A DNA stretch of 64,000 nucleotides from positions 124,001 through 188,000 of IMG/VR virus record IMGVR_UViG_3300048597_000634. The stretch is one strand, 5' to 3'. Below, piece by piece: positions 46,474-56,175 of this stretch; position 1 is the stretch's first letter; every line of letters begins with the position of its first letter. The notes beneath the pieces were generated by a model, which saw only the letters and a list, made by a program, of their open reading frames with translations, was not told the DNA's origin and ran no database searches. The position numbers and the translations under genes are program-made.

Positions 46474-47310
46474 TTAGTTAGGGCTAAGTGCTATCTCGGC
46501 CAGAATAAGTTCTTCTTTGAGCCTTGCTATTTCGCGGTCTTGCTGCATTATCTTCTTACTTTGCGAATCCACTAATGCTCGTAATCCCATCAACTCAGCT
46601 TGCATCTCTTTCTTAGATGGACCAGCGGCGCGGCTATTACCTTCTACCTCTGCCCAATACATATCCAACGTTAGAGTATCAGGGTCAAACCCGTCGGTCA
46701 CCTTAGTTTTAAACCAGCGGATAATCTTTAAGGTACGACTTACAGCAATACTTTTCCTCGTTATCTTTTGGACGTCATCATCTTGTAGTCTTAATTTAAT
46801 GACTATATCCCAGTTCTCAGCTAAGTAGATATAGTCATATGCGGTACCTTTAGCCCAACCGCTCTTCTTTAGATAATCTTCCCATCCAGTATAAGTTCCC
46901 ATTTCTGTAGTTATAGGAACTTGATTTGTCGCCTTCCTATACATCTTCCGTAGTTCTATAAGATTAAGACCTGTGTTCCTATGATGCAGAAGCCATTTTG
47001 ACTTTGTAGTGCAGGGCTTGTATTTTAGGTACAATGGGTGCAGATTTGAGTCATCTAGCTCGTTGTACGTGGTGTTTAGTACCGGATTGAGTTTTCTTAC
47101 TAACTGGAATTCTAAAAGATCTAGGCTATCTATTTCTGCTAGTTGATAATGTATAGCGTAGTCTATACCCTCACTTGACAAGAATCGTCTCACTTCATGG
47201 CTTCTCAGTCTACTGTGTAGGCTCTTAGCTTTCCCTACATAAAGCACCTCTTTATTTTGTGTATTTACTAAGTAGTAGACCCCAGACTTATTCGGAATAT
47301 CACTTAACAT
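46474..47310 (-). CDS. GIY-YIG nuclease fused to a paralogue family A domain
   Basis: SGVY...LYVGKA.SL..RL.SH...E...L.P.LN, then YDYI.LAENW. Confidence 0.8.
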   Translation of the reverse strand: MLSDIPNKSGVYYLVNTQNKEVLYVGKAKSLHSRLRSHEVRRFLSSEGIDYAIHYQLAEIDSLDLLEFQLVRKLNPVLNTTYNELDDSNLHPLYLKYKPCTTKSKWLLHHRNTGLNLIELRKMYRKATNQVPITTEMGTYTGWEDYLKKSGWAKGTAYDYIYLAENWDIVIKLRLQDDDVQKITRKSIAVSRTLKIIRWFKTKVTDGFDPDTLTLDMYWAEVEGNSRAAGPSKKEMQAELMGLRALVDSQSKKIMQQDREIARLKEELILAEIALSPN

Positions 47311-47406
47311 AGATAACAGTTTGTAGTAGTGAAATAAGCTTTAACTAGCACTGGTTCTTTGCATTATACATTACTTTTGAACTAACTAGGTTTAGGCACT
47401 TCTATA

Positions 47407-47634
47407 TCAACCTTTCTTATAATGGTTCTGATAATAATCCTGCAACAAAGCGATTAAAGATTGTATGACGGCGGGCTCTGCAGGAATATCGGTTCTGGGG
47501 TCTGATTCACCGTCTAAGTACGCTTCAAGGCAGTGAGTCTCTTCGTTGTAGTTGATATGAGTGAAGTATAGAGGTTCAGTGTTGTAGTCGGAGGGAGTTT
47601 CCATAAGGGTAGCTGATGGGCGGCGCTTAGACAA
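47407..47634 (-). CDS. Hypothetical protein
   Basis: 75 aa ORF. Confidence 0.5.
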   Translation of the reverse strand: MSKRRPSATLMETPSDYNTEPLYFTHINYNEETHCLEAYLDGESDPRTDIPAEPAVIQSLIALLQDYYQNHYKKG

Positions 47635-47812
47635 GTCTTAGGTCACCATTCCTAAGTAGTTTTAGTTGGTTAACGCAATGGCTCTTTATTGTCTGATGCA
47701 CCAGGATTATTTTTATACCTTCGGCACAGGCTAATATCGTTAACAGCTCGACGATGTGGCTTTCTACCTCCTGGGTAATTAGGCGGCACCTAGTCAATTC
47801 TTTGGTAAGCAT
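47627..47812 (-). CDS. MLTK-family small protein
   Basis: MLTKEL. Confidence 0.5.
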   Translation of the reverse strand: MLTKELTRCRLITQEVESHIVELLTILACAEGIKIILVHQTIKSHCVNQLKLLRNGDLRLV

Positions 47813-48014
47813 ATTGCACATATAACACGATTAGGTTGCGGTTTTGTCCAAAGCAACTGAAGCCGTACTCAAGGTAGACTCTCATAGCGCGGTTGATTAT
47901 TACATTGTGGGCGCCGCGCATTATGGGAGTAATGTCGTTATCTATAAGGACACCGCCTATATCCCATTCAGTGTCGCTGATAGTTAGCGCTAAGCATGAG
48001 GATTTAGTAATCAT
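47790..48014 (-). CDS. MLTK-family small protein
   Basis: MITKSS. Confidence 0.5.
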   Translation of the reverse strand: MITKSSCLALTISDTEWDIGGVLIDNDITPIMRGAHNVIINRAMRVYLEYGFSCFGQNRNLIVLYVQYAYQRID

Positions 48015-48021
48015 TACTGGT

Positions 48022-48399
48022 CTAACTGTACACCACCCACCAGCCTTTGCTGACTAACCCGGAGTCTAAAGCCTTGGCGCCGGCGATGGTAGGACTAACA
48101 ACACCTTCAGCGTAGTAAAAAACGCCATCTACGTCGTCATGACAGCTACCGTCGGCTTCACTGTCGTGATAGTCGATTAATATATTAAGGTTAGTGACCT
48201 CAGAGAATTCTGTTTGAACGGACTTCCATAAATCTTCTAGTTCTTCATAGGGCTCCCCACACTCTAACCAGTCTTGTAAATCTATCAGGCTATATAGTTC
48301 TAGCTGTTCTTGAAACGCAGCCCAGCTTGGTAAGTTTAGTTCTTTAAGTTTGTCTTCGTTAATGATGTATGCGCTGCACGCGCCATATCCCATACTCAT
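48022..48399 (-). CDS. Hypothetical acidic protein
   Basis: 125 aa ORF. Confidence 0.6.
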   Translation of the reverse strand: MSMGYGACSAYIINEDKLKELNLPSWAAFQEQLELYSLIDLQDWLECGEPYEELEDLWKSVQTEFSEVTNLNILIDYHDSEADGSCHDDVDGVFYYAEGVVSPTIAGAKALDSGLVSKGWWVVYS

Positions 48400-48404
48400 A
48401 GTGT

Positions 48405-48836
48405 TTAATTCCTAGTTGTGCTGTTGTCTAAAGTAAGACGGCGTAAGCCTCTTAATCTACTTTTTAGCGAAGAGTTCCAATCTGCCTCTTGTTGAGCCTT
48501 TATTTTCTCTAAGTTAGATTCTCTTAGCCGGGCTATTGTGGGTTGGAGGTACTTATTTAGATCGTCTAATACTTCTGTGATTATACGTTTTAAGTCTTGT
48601 GGCCGTCTCACGCTGATAATATCAAAGTCTTGCTTGTATTTGTCTAGGCCTGGGCTACCCCAACAGATACTCACTTCACCAAAGTATGACTTCTTCCTTA
48701 CATATAAGAAGGATACTAACTCTTTTGGGTCGCAGCATAGCTCTTTTGATAGCTTGTCAGTTACTAACTCTATTGATTTAAATAGCACGTCTTCTTCAAA
48801 CGGTCTTATTTGTGGGTTATTGTTATTATTATGCAT
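48405..48836 (-). CDS. Hypothetical protein, paralogue of 59676-60089
   Basis: LCC.P.ELV.FL, W.SPGL, YLQPT.A.L...NLEKI.A shared. Confidence 0.7.
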   Translation of the reverse strand: MHNNNNNPQIRPFEEDVLFKSIELVTDKLSKELCCDPKELVSFLYVRKKSYFGEVSICWGSPGLDKYKQDFDIISVRRPQDLKRIITEVLDDLNKYLQPTIARLRESNLEKIKAQQEADWNSSLKSRLRGLRRLTLDNSTTRN

Positions 48837-49637
48837 AGGTAGTCTCTGGTGGTTATTTCCTGTAGTAACTTAACTGGTCTTTCTATCTTAGAGGCTATAT
48901 AGTCGTAGTAAGGCAGTAATACGCTACGTTTAAGTGTGCATAGTTCTGAGCCTATTCGACCATAAGTAAAATCGAGGTTAGGTTTGGCACTTAAGTTAGC
49001 CTTAGTCAACATGATAGGTCGGCTCGTAATCTTTGAGTCTGAGTAGTGTTGTTTAGTCAGCATACTGCTTGAATTGACATTATTGGTTCTTCTATCCTAT
49101 ATACGTTGTCTGATACGTGATTCAGGTCTCCATTTTTAAACTTTAAAGCTAAGAGTGGTACGTCTAGTTTGTCTAAGGCGCTATAGCTATGAAATATTGG
49201 GTTTAGGTGGAGGTCGTATCTAACCTTTAAGTTGTCTTTAGTTAACATATTAGTAGCTAGACTTAACTTTATATTGGACTACTCTAAACGGCCCTTCTAC
49301 TGTGGTTAGAGCGTCGTTAACATGTACCAATCGACCATTACAGAGCTCTAAGGCTCTTAACTGCTCTCTAATGACTAAGCAGCTGTCGTGTCTAGCTATG
49401 AAGACTGATTTAACTTTTAGTTTAGTTAGCATTAAGGGTCGGTTTGATAACTGCGTTTACTATCCTAAAGGGTTCTTCTAATTCAAGCCTGACATGGTTT
49501 ATGCATATATGGACTTTATGTCTAGACCTAATGATGTCTAGTTGACATACTAGGTCTGCTATTGTGTCCGGTCTAGGATAGAAGTTTGGATGGAAGCTGA
49601 AGTTATACCTGACCTTTAGGTTACTTTTACTCAACAT
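48806..49637 (-). other. Array of 4 MLTK-family ORFs (48806-49063, 49057-49248, 49250-49432, 49422-49637)
   Basis: Shared NL.V/A and (I/V/L)E.P motifs; 48806 has two MLTK starts 17 codons apart. Confidence 0.75.
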
Positions 49638-49641
49638 TGGG

Positions 49642-50016
49642 TTATTTATAAAGCTCGTCATATATTGGTAAGTCTGACGATAAGTCTGCGTCATTACCTA
49701 TGACTAAGTAATTTAAACCTTCACGGCGCGCCGCCACTATTAACTCAGCAAACTTATCTGTGAATCCGGCGGCTCTTAACAATAAATAAACATCATAGTC
49801 GAGAAATCGCTCGTCATGCTGCATCAAATAAACAATGCCTAGATGAATCTTAACTGAGTAGTCTTCTTCAAACCATTCGAATGTGGTGTAAGCTTCACAG
49901 TCATCAGACTTCAGTTTCTTCTGTTGTTTGGCTAAGTCTAGACATAGTTTCCAATCAGCAGGCTGGATATGGAAGGGATTTAAGTGTCCAGCCATTAAGT
50001 TTTTAAACGTGGGCAT
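49642..50016 (-). CDS. Hypothetical protein
   Basis: 124 aa ORF. Confidence 0.6.
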   Translation of the reverse strand: MPTFKNLMAGHLNPFHIQPADWKLCLDLAKQQKKLKSDDCEAYTTFEWFEEDYSVKIHLGIVYLMQHDERFLDYDVYLLLRAAGFTDKFAELIVAARREGLNYLVIGNDADLSSDLPIYDELYK

Positions 50017-50237
50017 TAAAATAAATCCCGCTTTGCTTTGATGTGGTTGATTGCATCATTTAACACTTGGTCAAAGGTGCCGTCGTTAATGAAGTGAGCT
50101 TGAATGCGGGCCAACACCTCGTTAATCTCTATTGGTGTAGGGTGGGGGCAGCCCCGCTCAGTGAAGTCTTCTTTGTCTAAGAAGAGGATTGGTAGTGGTG
50201 TGGAAAGGTTAGGGGCGGCGGCGGTCGGTTGAGTCAT
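50016..50237 (-). CDS. Hypothetical protein, tandem paralogue 1
   Basis: P.LFLD..DF.E..C..PT..EI...FI.DGTFDQV...AI.HIKAKR. Confidence 0.7.
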   Translation of the reverse strand: MTQPTAAAPNLSTPLPILFLDKEDFTERGCPHPTPIEINEVLARIQAHFINDGTFDQVLNDAINHIKAKRDLF

Positions 50238-50278
50238 TGTAGTTATAGATAAAGGAAACGCATCAGGGGGCTGGCTGA

Positions 50279-50488
50279 TTATTGTTTACGCTTCGCTTTG
50301 ATGTGGCTAATAGCTTCACTAACTACTTGGTCAAACGTTCCGTCATCAATAAAATAAGTTTGGATGTAGTCCACCACCTCTTCAATTTCTGTAGATGTAG
50401 GGTTAAGGCATTCTTGTTCGACAAAGTCCGCATTGTCTAGGAATAAAACAGGTACCGGGTTAAATAGGCTAGTAGTCGGTTGAGTCAT
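50279..50488 (-). CDS. Hypothetical protein, tandem paralogue 2
   Basis: Same motif as 50016. Confidence 0.7.
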   Translation of the reverse strand: MTQPTTSLFNPVPVLFLDNADFVEQECLNPTSTEIEEVVDYIQTYFIDDGTFDQVVSEAISHIKAKRKQ

Positions 50489-50617
50489 TGTTTGTAATAG
50501 TAAAGTGAAGCCTCTTACATATAGTAAGAGGCGGGGGCGAGGCAGTTAACAGCCCGGTTTGGGCTTAGGTTTTCCTTTCTTAGGCATAGCTTTGCATGTA
50601 GTAGGTACAAGACTAGC

Positions 50618-51061
50618 TTAACCTTGCATCAGCTTTTCCCAATGCTCAGCTTCTTGATAGAACCCATTAGGGCGCCAAGGGCGGGCATCTCTAGACGCAT
50701 ACTTACTGGTGCCCGGCAATCCTCGACTTAAGGTAAGCATTGTAGAATACACATCCTTAGCCACCTTTTGCTTAGCTTCTGCGTCTTCACTGCCCCCGCC
50801 AATAGCGCCTTCCCAATCCTTATGGAACGGCAAATCTAATTGGTCTTCTAGGTGAGCAATGTACAGATACAGAACGTGAATAGCTTTGCTATATTCGTGG
50901 ACGCAGCTAATGAGTCTATGAGTAGCTTCATCACAGACCTTGGACTCCGGCAATATCTGCTCTGGCGTTAACTCGATGGGTTGTGGGGCTTGGGCGGAAG
51001 AGCGGCGGCGGGTACGGCGCTGACGGGGTGGGTCGGCGGTAGGCTGAGGTTTAGATGGCAT
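50618..51061 (-). CDS. Hypothetical protein
   Basis: 147 aa ORF. Confidence 0.6.
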   Translation of the reverse strand: MPSKPQPTADPPRQRRTRRRSSAQAPQPIELTPEQILPESKVCDEATHRLISCVHEYSKAIHVLYLYIAHLEDQLDLPFHKDWEGAIGGGSEDAEAKQKVAKDVYSTMLTLSRGLPGTSKYASRDARPWRPNGFYQEAEHWEKLMQG

Positions 51062-51067
51062 GGATGG

Positions 51068-51391
51068 TTAGTTGTGGTCTGGTAGATAAGCGACGTCAAA
51101 GGGGCCGGTGCTAATAGCTTCCCATTGTCTAGTGATTTCTCCGTTGGGTTCACAATAGGTAAACCGTTGGAATTGAATGGGTTGCTTTGCTTGAGTCCCA
51201 AAGTCAATGGTAACTATATTAGCGTTGGGCTGGGGTTCTTCTACCACGTAACCATATACAGCTTTTTCATCTACTACGTCTTCTAACCCATCGAAGGATT
51301 CTACGCAGTCGACACTAATGAATATAGCTTTGACTTTGGCGCCGCGCTTAAGTGAAGGTGAGGCGGTAGCTATCTGAAGGAATGGAGTCAT
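51068..51391 (-). CDS. Hypothetical protein
   Basis: 107 aa ORF. Confidence 0.55.
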   Translation of the reverse strand: MTPFLQIATASPSLKRGAKVKAIFISVDCVESFDGLEDVVDEKAVYGYVVEEPQPNANIVTIDFGTQAKQPIQFQRFTYCEPNGEITRQWEAISTGPFDVAYLPDHN

Positions 51392-51581
51392 ATATTTCTA
51401 ATGTGAGTTGGCAGGTTATGGTTTCAGCTACGACTTCTGCCCTGGCATTGATATAGGCAGTGGCTATTATATAGCCGAATAGTGGTTTACCTTGGGCTTC
51501 TACTCGATGTAGTTGGTCATCAACGGTTATATGGACGCCGCGGCTAATGGTCTTTTTATGTACGAGGCGCTTGGCGAGCAT
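51348..51581 (-). CDS. MLTK-family small protein (MLAK)
   Basis: MLAKRL. Confidence 0.45.
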   Translation of the reverse strand: MLAKRLVHKKTISRGVHITVDDQLHRVEAQGKPLFGYIIATAYINARAEVVAETITCQLTLEIYDSIPSDSYRLTFT

Positions 51582-51849
51582 CTTTTAGGGCTTCTAATTC
51601 TGTTACTAATCCTTTGGCGTATAGAATTGCGCGGTCTAGTGCTTGACCATACGCGTCGTCTATATCTTTAGCACGGACAACGGCGGCATCCGCGAGGAAC
51701 TCGTTGGTCTTACAGTTTCTACCAATGAATTCGACTCTGTATTTGTTTATACCTTTAGTCTTATAAACGTGTATAGAAGACCAGAATGATTCACTAACGC
51801 CAGGTATTGACCAGTTAAGGTGCTCTAAGATGTGATTATCTATTTTCAT
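51556..51849 (-). CDS. Hypothetical protein
   Basis: 97 aa ORF. Confidence 0.55.
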   Translation of the reverse strand: MKIDNHILEHLNWSIPGVSESFWSSIHVYKTKGINKYRVEFIGRNCKTNEFLADAAVVRAKDIDDAYGQALDRAILYAKGLVTELEALKDARQAPRT

Positions 51850-52181
51850 TACTGACCACCCACCGCTTCTTCTGCTAACTTGGTCAGCCCACCAGCAACC
51901 AGGGCAATTAACCGTAATGTAGCCGCGCGGTCGCCATTACGAATGTCTTCCATATAGGAGTCTACATCAACTGATGGGTCTTCACTTAGGGCTAGTAACT
52001 TAACGTTCTGGTTAGCAGTGTGGTTATCAGGGTCATCAGCGGCGCAATATACGGCAACGCAAGACGCAGAATGTAGGTCTATGAGTTCTTCCTGAGAGCC
52101 GTCCGGTAAGGTAATGACGGGGCGGTCTTTGGTCATTAAGCTGCTCTTGAATTGCTTAGGGTTGAGGTTTAGTGTGGTCAT
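51849..52181 (-). CDS. Hypothetical protein
   Basis: 110 aa ORF. Confidence 0.55.
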   Translation of the reverse strand: MTTLNLNPKQFKSSLMTKDRPVITLPDGSQEELIDLHSASCVAVYCAADDPDNHTANQNVKLLALSEDPSVDVDSYMEDIRNGDRAATLRLIALVAGGLTKLAEEAVGGQ

Positions 52182-52192
52182 TGGTTGAGTTC

Positions 52193-52495
52193 TCAGTGTT
52201 TATGGTTGGCTTCGCTCTCACTGCTCATATGGTCAGTCTCCGGCAGCATTTCCAATAATAGGTCTGATAGCCAAGGTGTGTTAAATGTGATGCTTATGGG
52301 GCCGATGATTAAGCAAATAGCACTCAGGTCTTCTTCTGGCGGGGTGACAATACACATAGCTATCAAACCAACATACCGCCCGCCGCTCTTGTTAGTAACC
52401 CACCATACTCCGTCGGAGGCCCAGTCGAACTTAATTAGTGGAATGTGCGCCTTAATGTTGAAGAACGGGACTTTCTCTAGCTTAGTCTTGGTCAT
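52193..52495 (-). CDS. Hypothetical protein
   Basis: 100 aa ORF. Confidence 0.5.
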   Translation of the reverse strand: MTKTKLEKVPFFNIKAHIPLIKFDWASDGVWWVTNKSGGRYVGLIAMCIVTPPEEDLSAICLIIGPISITFNTPWLSDLLLEMLPETDHMSSESEANHKH

Positions 52496-52525
52496 TGTCT
52501 TTGTCTTTGCCAGTTAGGCTGTAGT

Positions 52526-53029
52526 TTAGTCAGTACCGTCTTCATTTAGTAAAGGCTCGGAGCCGACTAATTCTAGGTTACCTAGCTCCGACCCTATTAG
52601 TGTTTTGGCGACCACGTGGGCTTCTTTTAGTAATGTTGTGGGGTCTTGGTGGACGCTGTAGATATCAAACCTTAATACGAAATGGTGGATGTATTCTTTG
52701 GGTCGGTAATGTTGAAGCCAGGCGCGGGCACTATCTGCATCTACAGTGACTTCATATCCAGTATCAGCTTTATTGTAGGCGTAGAAGAGCTCCGAAGTCC
52801 TAGTTTCCATGTAATACTCAGCTAAATATTTAGCTTCTCTGCAGTATTTCCAACTGTTAGCCTCTAAAGCTTGTAATTGCTCTTTGGTTAAGGACTCAAA
52901 AGCTTCTGTGCAGTCAAAGCGGAAGTCAACGTCAATACTATTAGTAGTAAAACAACGGGCGGTGACTCTAGGACCATCAGGTATTGACTCAGTCATGCTG
53001 GTCATTACGTTGTAAGTTAATTTTGGCAT
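52526..53029 (-). CDS. Hypothetical protein
   Basis: 167 aa ORF. Confidence 0.6.
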   Translation of the reverse strand: MPKLTYNVMTSMTESIPDGPRVTARCFTTNSIDVDFRFDCTEAFESLTKEQLQALEANSWKYCREAKYLAEYYMETRTSELFYAYNKADTGYEVTVDADSARAWLQHYRPKEYIHHFVLRFDIYSVHQDPTTLLKEAHVVAKTLIGSELGNLELVGSEPLLNEDGTD

Positions 53030-53057
53030 GGTAGTACGTTATTTTTCGTTGTGGTTT

Positions 53058-53261
53058 TCAGGCTTGGATATAGCTCCAAGCGCTAGCGTCTTTGTCTTTT
53101 AGTCTTTTACAGAAATGTCTGGCTTCTTTAAGCGTTTCAAATACGGTTAGAGCACTAAAACAGGACTCATGGTAATAGAGTCCCCAGAATTTGCCGCCGT
53201 AGTACGGATAATAATCCCACTTAAGGTAGAATCCATGACACTCTTGGTCTTGTCTTGTCAT
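53058..53261 (-). CDS. Hypothetical protein
   Basis: 67 aa ORF. Confidence 0.45.
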   Translation of the reverse strand: MTRQDQECHGFYLKWDYYPYYGGKFWGLYYHESCFSALTVFETLKEARHFCKRLKDKDASAWSYIQA

Positions 53262-53452
53262 ATCAAACCATCCTTTATTAATTTGCGTTCGATATTGTCA
53301 CATACTGCTCCACATAATCCAAAGATATTTGAAATCGTATTTAGATTTACTTTATGGAACACTGCCCGCAGAATGCGTTGCAGCACAGAATAACTACACT
53401 CTACAGGCAGGCTATAATCATATGCTTTACGAACGGTCTGTTTGTTGAGCAT
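53258..53452 (-). CDS. MLTK-family small protein
   Basis: MLNKQTVRK.Y; paralogue of 53427. Confidence 0.65.
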   Translation of the reverse strand: MLNKQTVRKAYDYSLPVECSYSVLQRILRAVFHKVNLNTISNIFGLCGAVCDNIERKLIKDGLI

Positions 53453-53627
53453 ATAACCTCTTTGCTATTGTGATATCAATAGCCTTGCAAAGTAGATAAG
53501 TCTGTGAAATGCGACTGAAACCGGTCAAACGGAATAATGCCTGTAGAGTTCGCTGCTTCACAGATTCATGCACAACTGTTGGTCGTGTAAAGGCATATGG
53601 TTTACGGACAGTGAGTTTGCTTAGCAT
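53427..53627 (-). CDS. MLTK-family small protein
   Basis: MLSKLTVRK.Y. Confidence 0.65.
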   Translation of the reverse strand: MLSKLTVRKPYAFTRPTVVHESVKQRTLQALFRLTGFSRISQTYLLCKAIDITIAKRLYAQQTDRS

Positions 53628-54610
53628 TGCGGCGTGACGATTAGATTACAACTACCTCCAAATACTACCGTTAACGCAGCAATCACAGCTTCTGCTTCTT
53701 CTTGGCTGTTAAACACGTCAGCCTCATTATTGTTGCTGGTCCAGCTAACCCAACCTTCTTGTCGGTTAAGGTAGTCACCATTGAACATAATGTAATAGCC
53801 GGCGGCTTTGAAGTAAATAGCCTTGTCTTTAAACACTTTCTGCAGAGCCAAAGCTTCATCCAAATTAAACAGGGTAGCTTCAGATTTATAGGTGAAGTGG
53901 ATGGAACTTTCACCTAATACGGCGTAAGCAGTTTCTTCCCGGTCATCACCGTAGTCATAGCACACGTAGAGCTTTGTCTTAGGTATTGCGTCTTCGCTGA
54001 CTACTTCAGCCTTAATGGTCTCACGCTCTGGGTTGTTGTACTTATTAAACAAATCAGTGAACGCTTCGTTTGCAATGTCTTTTAGTTTGCGTCCTTGCTG
54101 CTTAGCTAACTCTTTGATTTGAGAGTGTATGTTACGACTAGCTAATACACCGCCGGCGTCGGCATGAAGATATATGTAATCCTTTTCCTTCTTAGTAGTT
54201 ATAGTAGTTCCACCGTTCATATAGACCAGCTTGTTGCTATGTAGAGTAAGGCCGTGACGCTTAACGATATAGGCTACTTGGCTTTTGACTTGATTGATGG
54301 GCTCTAACAGTTCTTCACTGGTATTGTCGGTGTTGTATAGGTGTAAGCACATCATGCTTAGCCATTCTGAGTATTTGAACGGCTCTTGCCGGCTACTAAC
54401 AATATCTCCTTTAATTTTTATGCGCCGCCGAATGTAATTAATGGCATTAATCAAATGGGTGCGGGTAATTTCTTTGAGGAGTATGCCTTCTGGGAAGTGA
54501 TGGGACGACCAAGTCAGATTGCCGGTGATGGTTAACAGTTCTTCCCTGGTGTAATTATTACGGTGTAGTTGGCTCATGATTAAGTTTTGGGGTTTGGGAT
54601 TTGGGTTCAT
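53621..54610 (-). CDS. Hypothetical multidomain protein
   Basis: 329 aa; central ribbon-helix-helix-like IH..IK.LA...G..L.DI..EA..DL..KY. Confidence 0.6.
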   Translation of the reverse strand: MNPNPKPQNLIMSQLHRNNYTREELLTITGNLTWSSHHFPEGILLKEITRTHLINAINYIRRRIKIKGDIVSSRQEPFKYSEWLSMMCLHLYNTDNTSEELLEPINQVKSQVAYIVKRHGLTLHSNKLVYMNGGTTITTKKEKDYIYLHADAGGVLASRNIHSQIKELAKQQGRKLKDIANEAFTDLFNKYNNPERETIKAEVVSEDAIPKTKLYVCYDYGDDREETAYAVLGESSIHFTYKSEATLFNLDEALALQKVFKDKAIYFKAAGYYIMFNGDYLNRQEGWVSWTSNNNEADVFNSQEEAEAVIAALTVVFGGSCNLIVTPQC

Positions 54611-54654
54611 ATAAATAACCCGGACTGGTTAGGCCCGGGCATTGCTGCTAACTA

Positions 54655-55296
54655 TTAGAACATAGATGGAACCATTTGCCTGGCATCATAGGCACGTAGC
54701 TTATGTACCTCGGCCTCTAGTTCGGTTATGCGAGTATAGGCTACTTCTAGTTCTTTCTCAGTCATGTTTAGCTTTACCTGCACAGACTCTAGCGCCTCTT
54801 TGAGTTGTTCTTTGGTAGGGCCCGGCGTCTTCTTAGGTTCTTGTTCTTCCCAATAAAGGTCTAACGTTAGCGTGTCGGGGTCACAACCCTGTGCTACTTT
54901 CTCTTTGTACCAGCGTATGATTCGCAGGGTTCTGGCAAGCCTCATACTATTAGCTAATGTTTTCTCATTAGATGTGTCTTGCATGCCTAGCTTAAGAACG
55001 ATATCCCAATTCTCCGCTAGGGTGATGTAGTCATATGCATATGTCTTTCTTACTCCACTAACCCCGCTTTTAACGTAATCATCAAATGAAGTAAAGGTCC
55101 CTAAGTCTGTGGTTACAGGATTTTTTGTGCTGGCGCCTGCCTCTCTTAACTTTGTCCTAATAGCTATTAGAGCGTCACCCGCTGCTTTTAGCGCCGCTAT
55201 AGCTTCTATACGTTTTAATTGAGACTCTCGAAACTTAGCGTCGTGTTCGCTAACCATAGTGCCGACCAGTAGATTTTCTTGTGATATACTTAACAT
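54655..55296 (-). CDS. Putative DNA-binding protein, paralogue family A
   Basis: AGDALI.IR, KTYAYDYI.LAENW, RTL.IIRW.K.KV, DP.TLTLD.YW.E. Confidence 0.7.
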   Translation of the reverse strand: MLSISQENLLVGTMVSEHDAKFRESQLKRIEAIAALKAAGDALIAIRTKLREAGASTKNPVTTDLGTFTSFDDYVKSGVSGVRKTYAYDYITLAENWDIVLKLGMQDTSNEKTLANSMRLARTLRIIRWYKEKVAQGCDPDTLTLDLYWEEQEPKKTPGPTKEQLKEALESVQVKLNMTEKELEVAYTRITELEAEVHKLRAYDARQMVPSMF

Positions 55297-55402
55297 AGCT
55301 TATGTGTTGATAGACGATTCACGTTCGCAACTCCGAACGTGACTAATAGACTAACACACTGCCATGTAAAATGGCGTTAAAAATATGCATATTTTTAGAC
55401 TA

Positions 55403-55434
55403 TAAAAGCGGGCTGCTAACTAAGTCCGCTTTTA
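55403..55434. terminator. Bidirectional terminator-like hairpin
   Basis: AAAAGCGGGCT...AGTCCGCTTTT. Confidence 0.65.
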
Positions 55435-55444
55435 TCTTTAGGTC

Positions 55445-55846
55445 TCACTCTTCATTTTCTACCAGTTCCCAGCTGATCACTTCGTCATCGTCTGATAGGT
55501 ACTTCACTTCACCGGACATTATCTTACCGAAATCTATCAACGAACAATAATAGTAAATACTTTCATCACAGATGCCGAAGGTGTCTAGCTCGGCGGCTTC
55601 TATGTATTCTCCGAAGCTGACATAGACTGTTTTAATACTCCCCTGTGCTTTCTTAATTGCGCACCAGGCGCCGCGGTATTGGACCTTAGCTTTTGACATC
55701 TTGCGGTAGCTACTCAGTTGGTCTAGTACGTACTCTGCTAGTATCCAATCTGGAGTGTCCAGCTCGTTGTCTATGCTATGCGTGTTGATCGTAGTGGCCA
55801 GGTCTTTATAGAAATCGCTGCCTGGTTGTAATTTGTTATTCATCAT
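55445..55846 (-). CDS. Hypothetical protein
   Basis: IN.HS.DN..DTPDWILAEY. Confidence 0.6.
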   Translation of the reverse strand: MMNNKLQPGSDFYKDLATTINTHSIDNELDTPDWILAEYVLDQLSSYRKMSKAKVQYRGAWCAIKKAQGSIKTVYVSFGEYIEAAELDTFGICDESIYYYCSLIDFGKIMSGEVKYLSDDDEVISWELVENEE

Positions 55847-55866
55847 TCAAGTTAGTTAAAGTTTGT

Positions 55867-56115
55867 TTATTCACGTCTTACCTCCTTCAATGCCAGCCAT
55901 TTAGTAACCTTTTGAGTCTTAGTCCACGGCTCTGAGACGCCAGCGATTATCTTAGCTTTAGCTCTAGAAGACGTTTCTCTAACAATGCCCACTAAGTCAA
56001 ATAAAATCTTTGTCAATTTAATATTCCAATCAGTAGCTCTTATGTAGGTGACTGGCAGTCTATTGCAATGCCCTCTTAGGCTTTCATTAATCCTATGTAG
56101 AGTTTGCTTATTCAT
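55867..56115 (-). CDS. Small basic protein
   Basis: MNKQTL. Confidence 0.45.
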   Translation of the reverse strand: MNKQTLHRINESLRGHCNRLPVTYIRATDWNIKLTKILFDLVGIVRETSSRAKAKIIAGVSEPWTKTQKVTKWLALKEVRRE

Positions 56116-56175
56116 GGTTGGGGGCGTCGCTAGGGCGCAGCACTAGAGTTTTGTGATGCAAGGTGTTAAGTTTAC

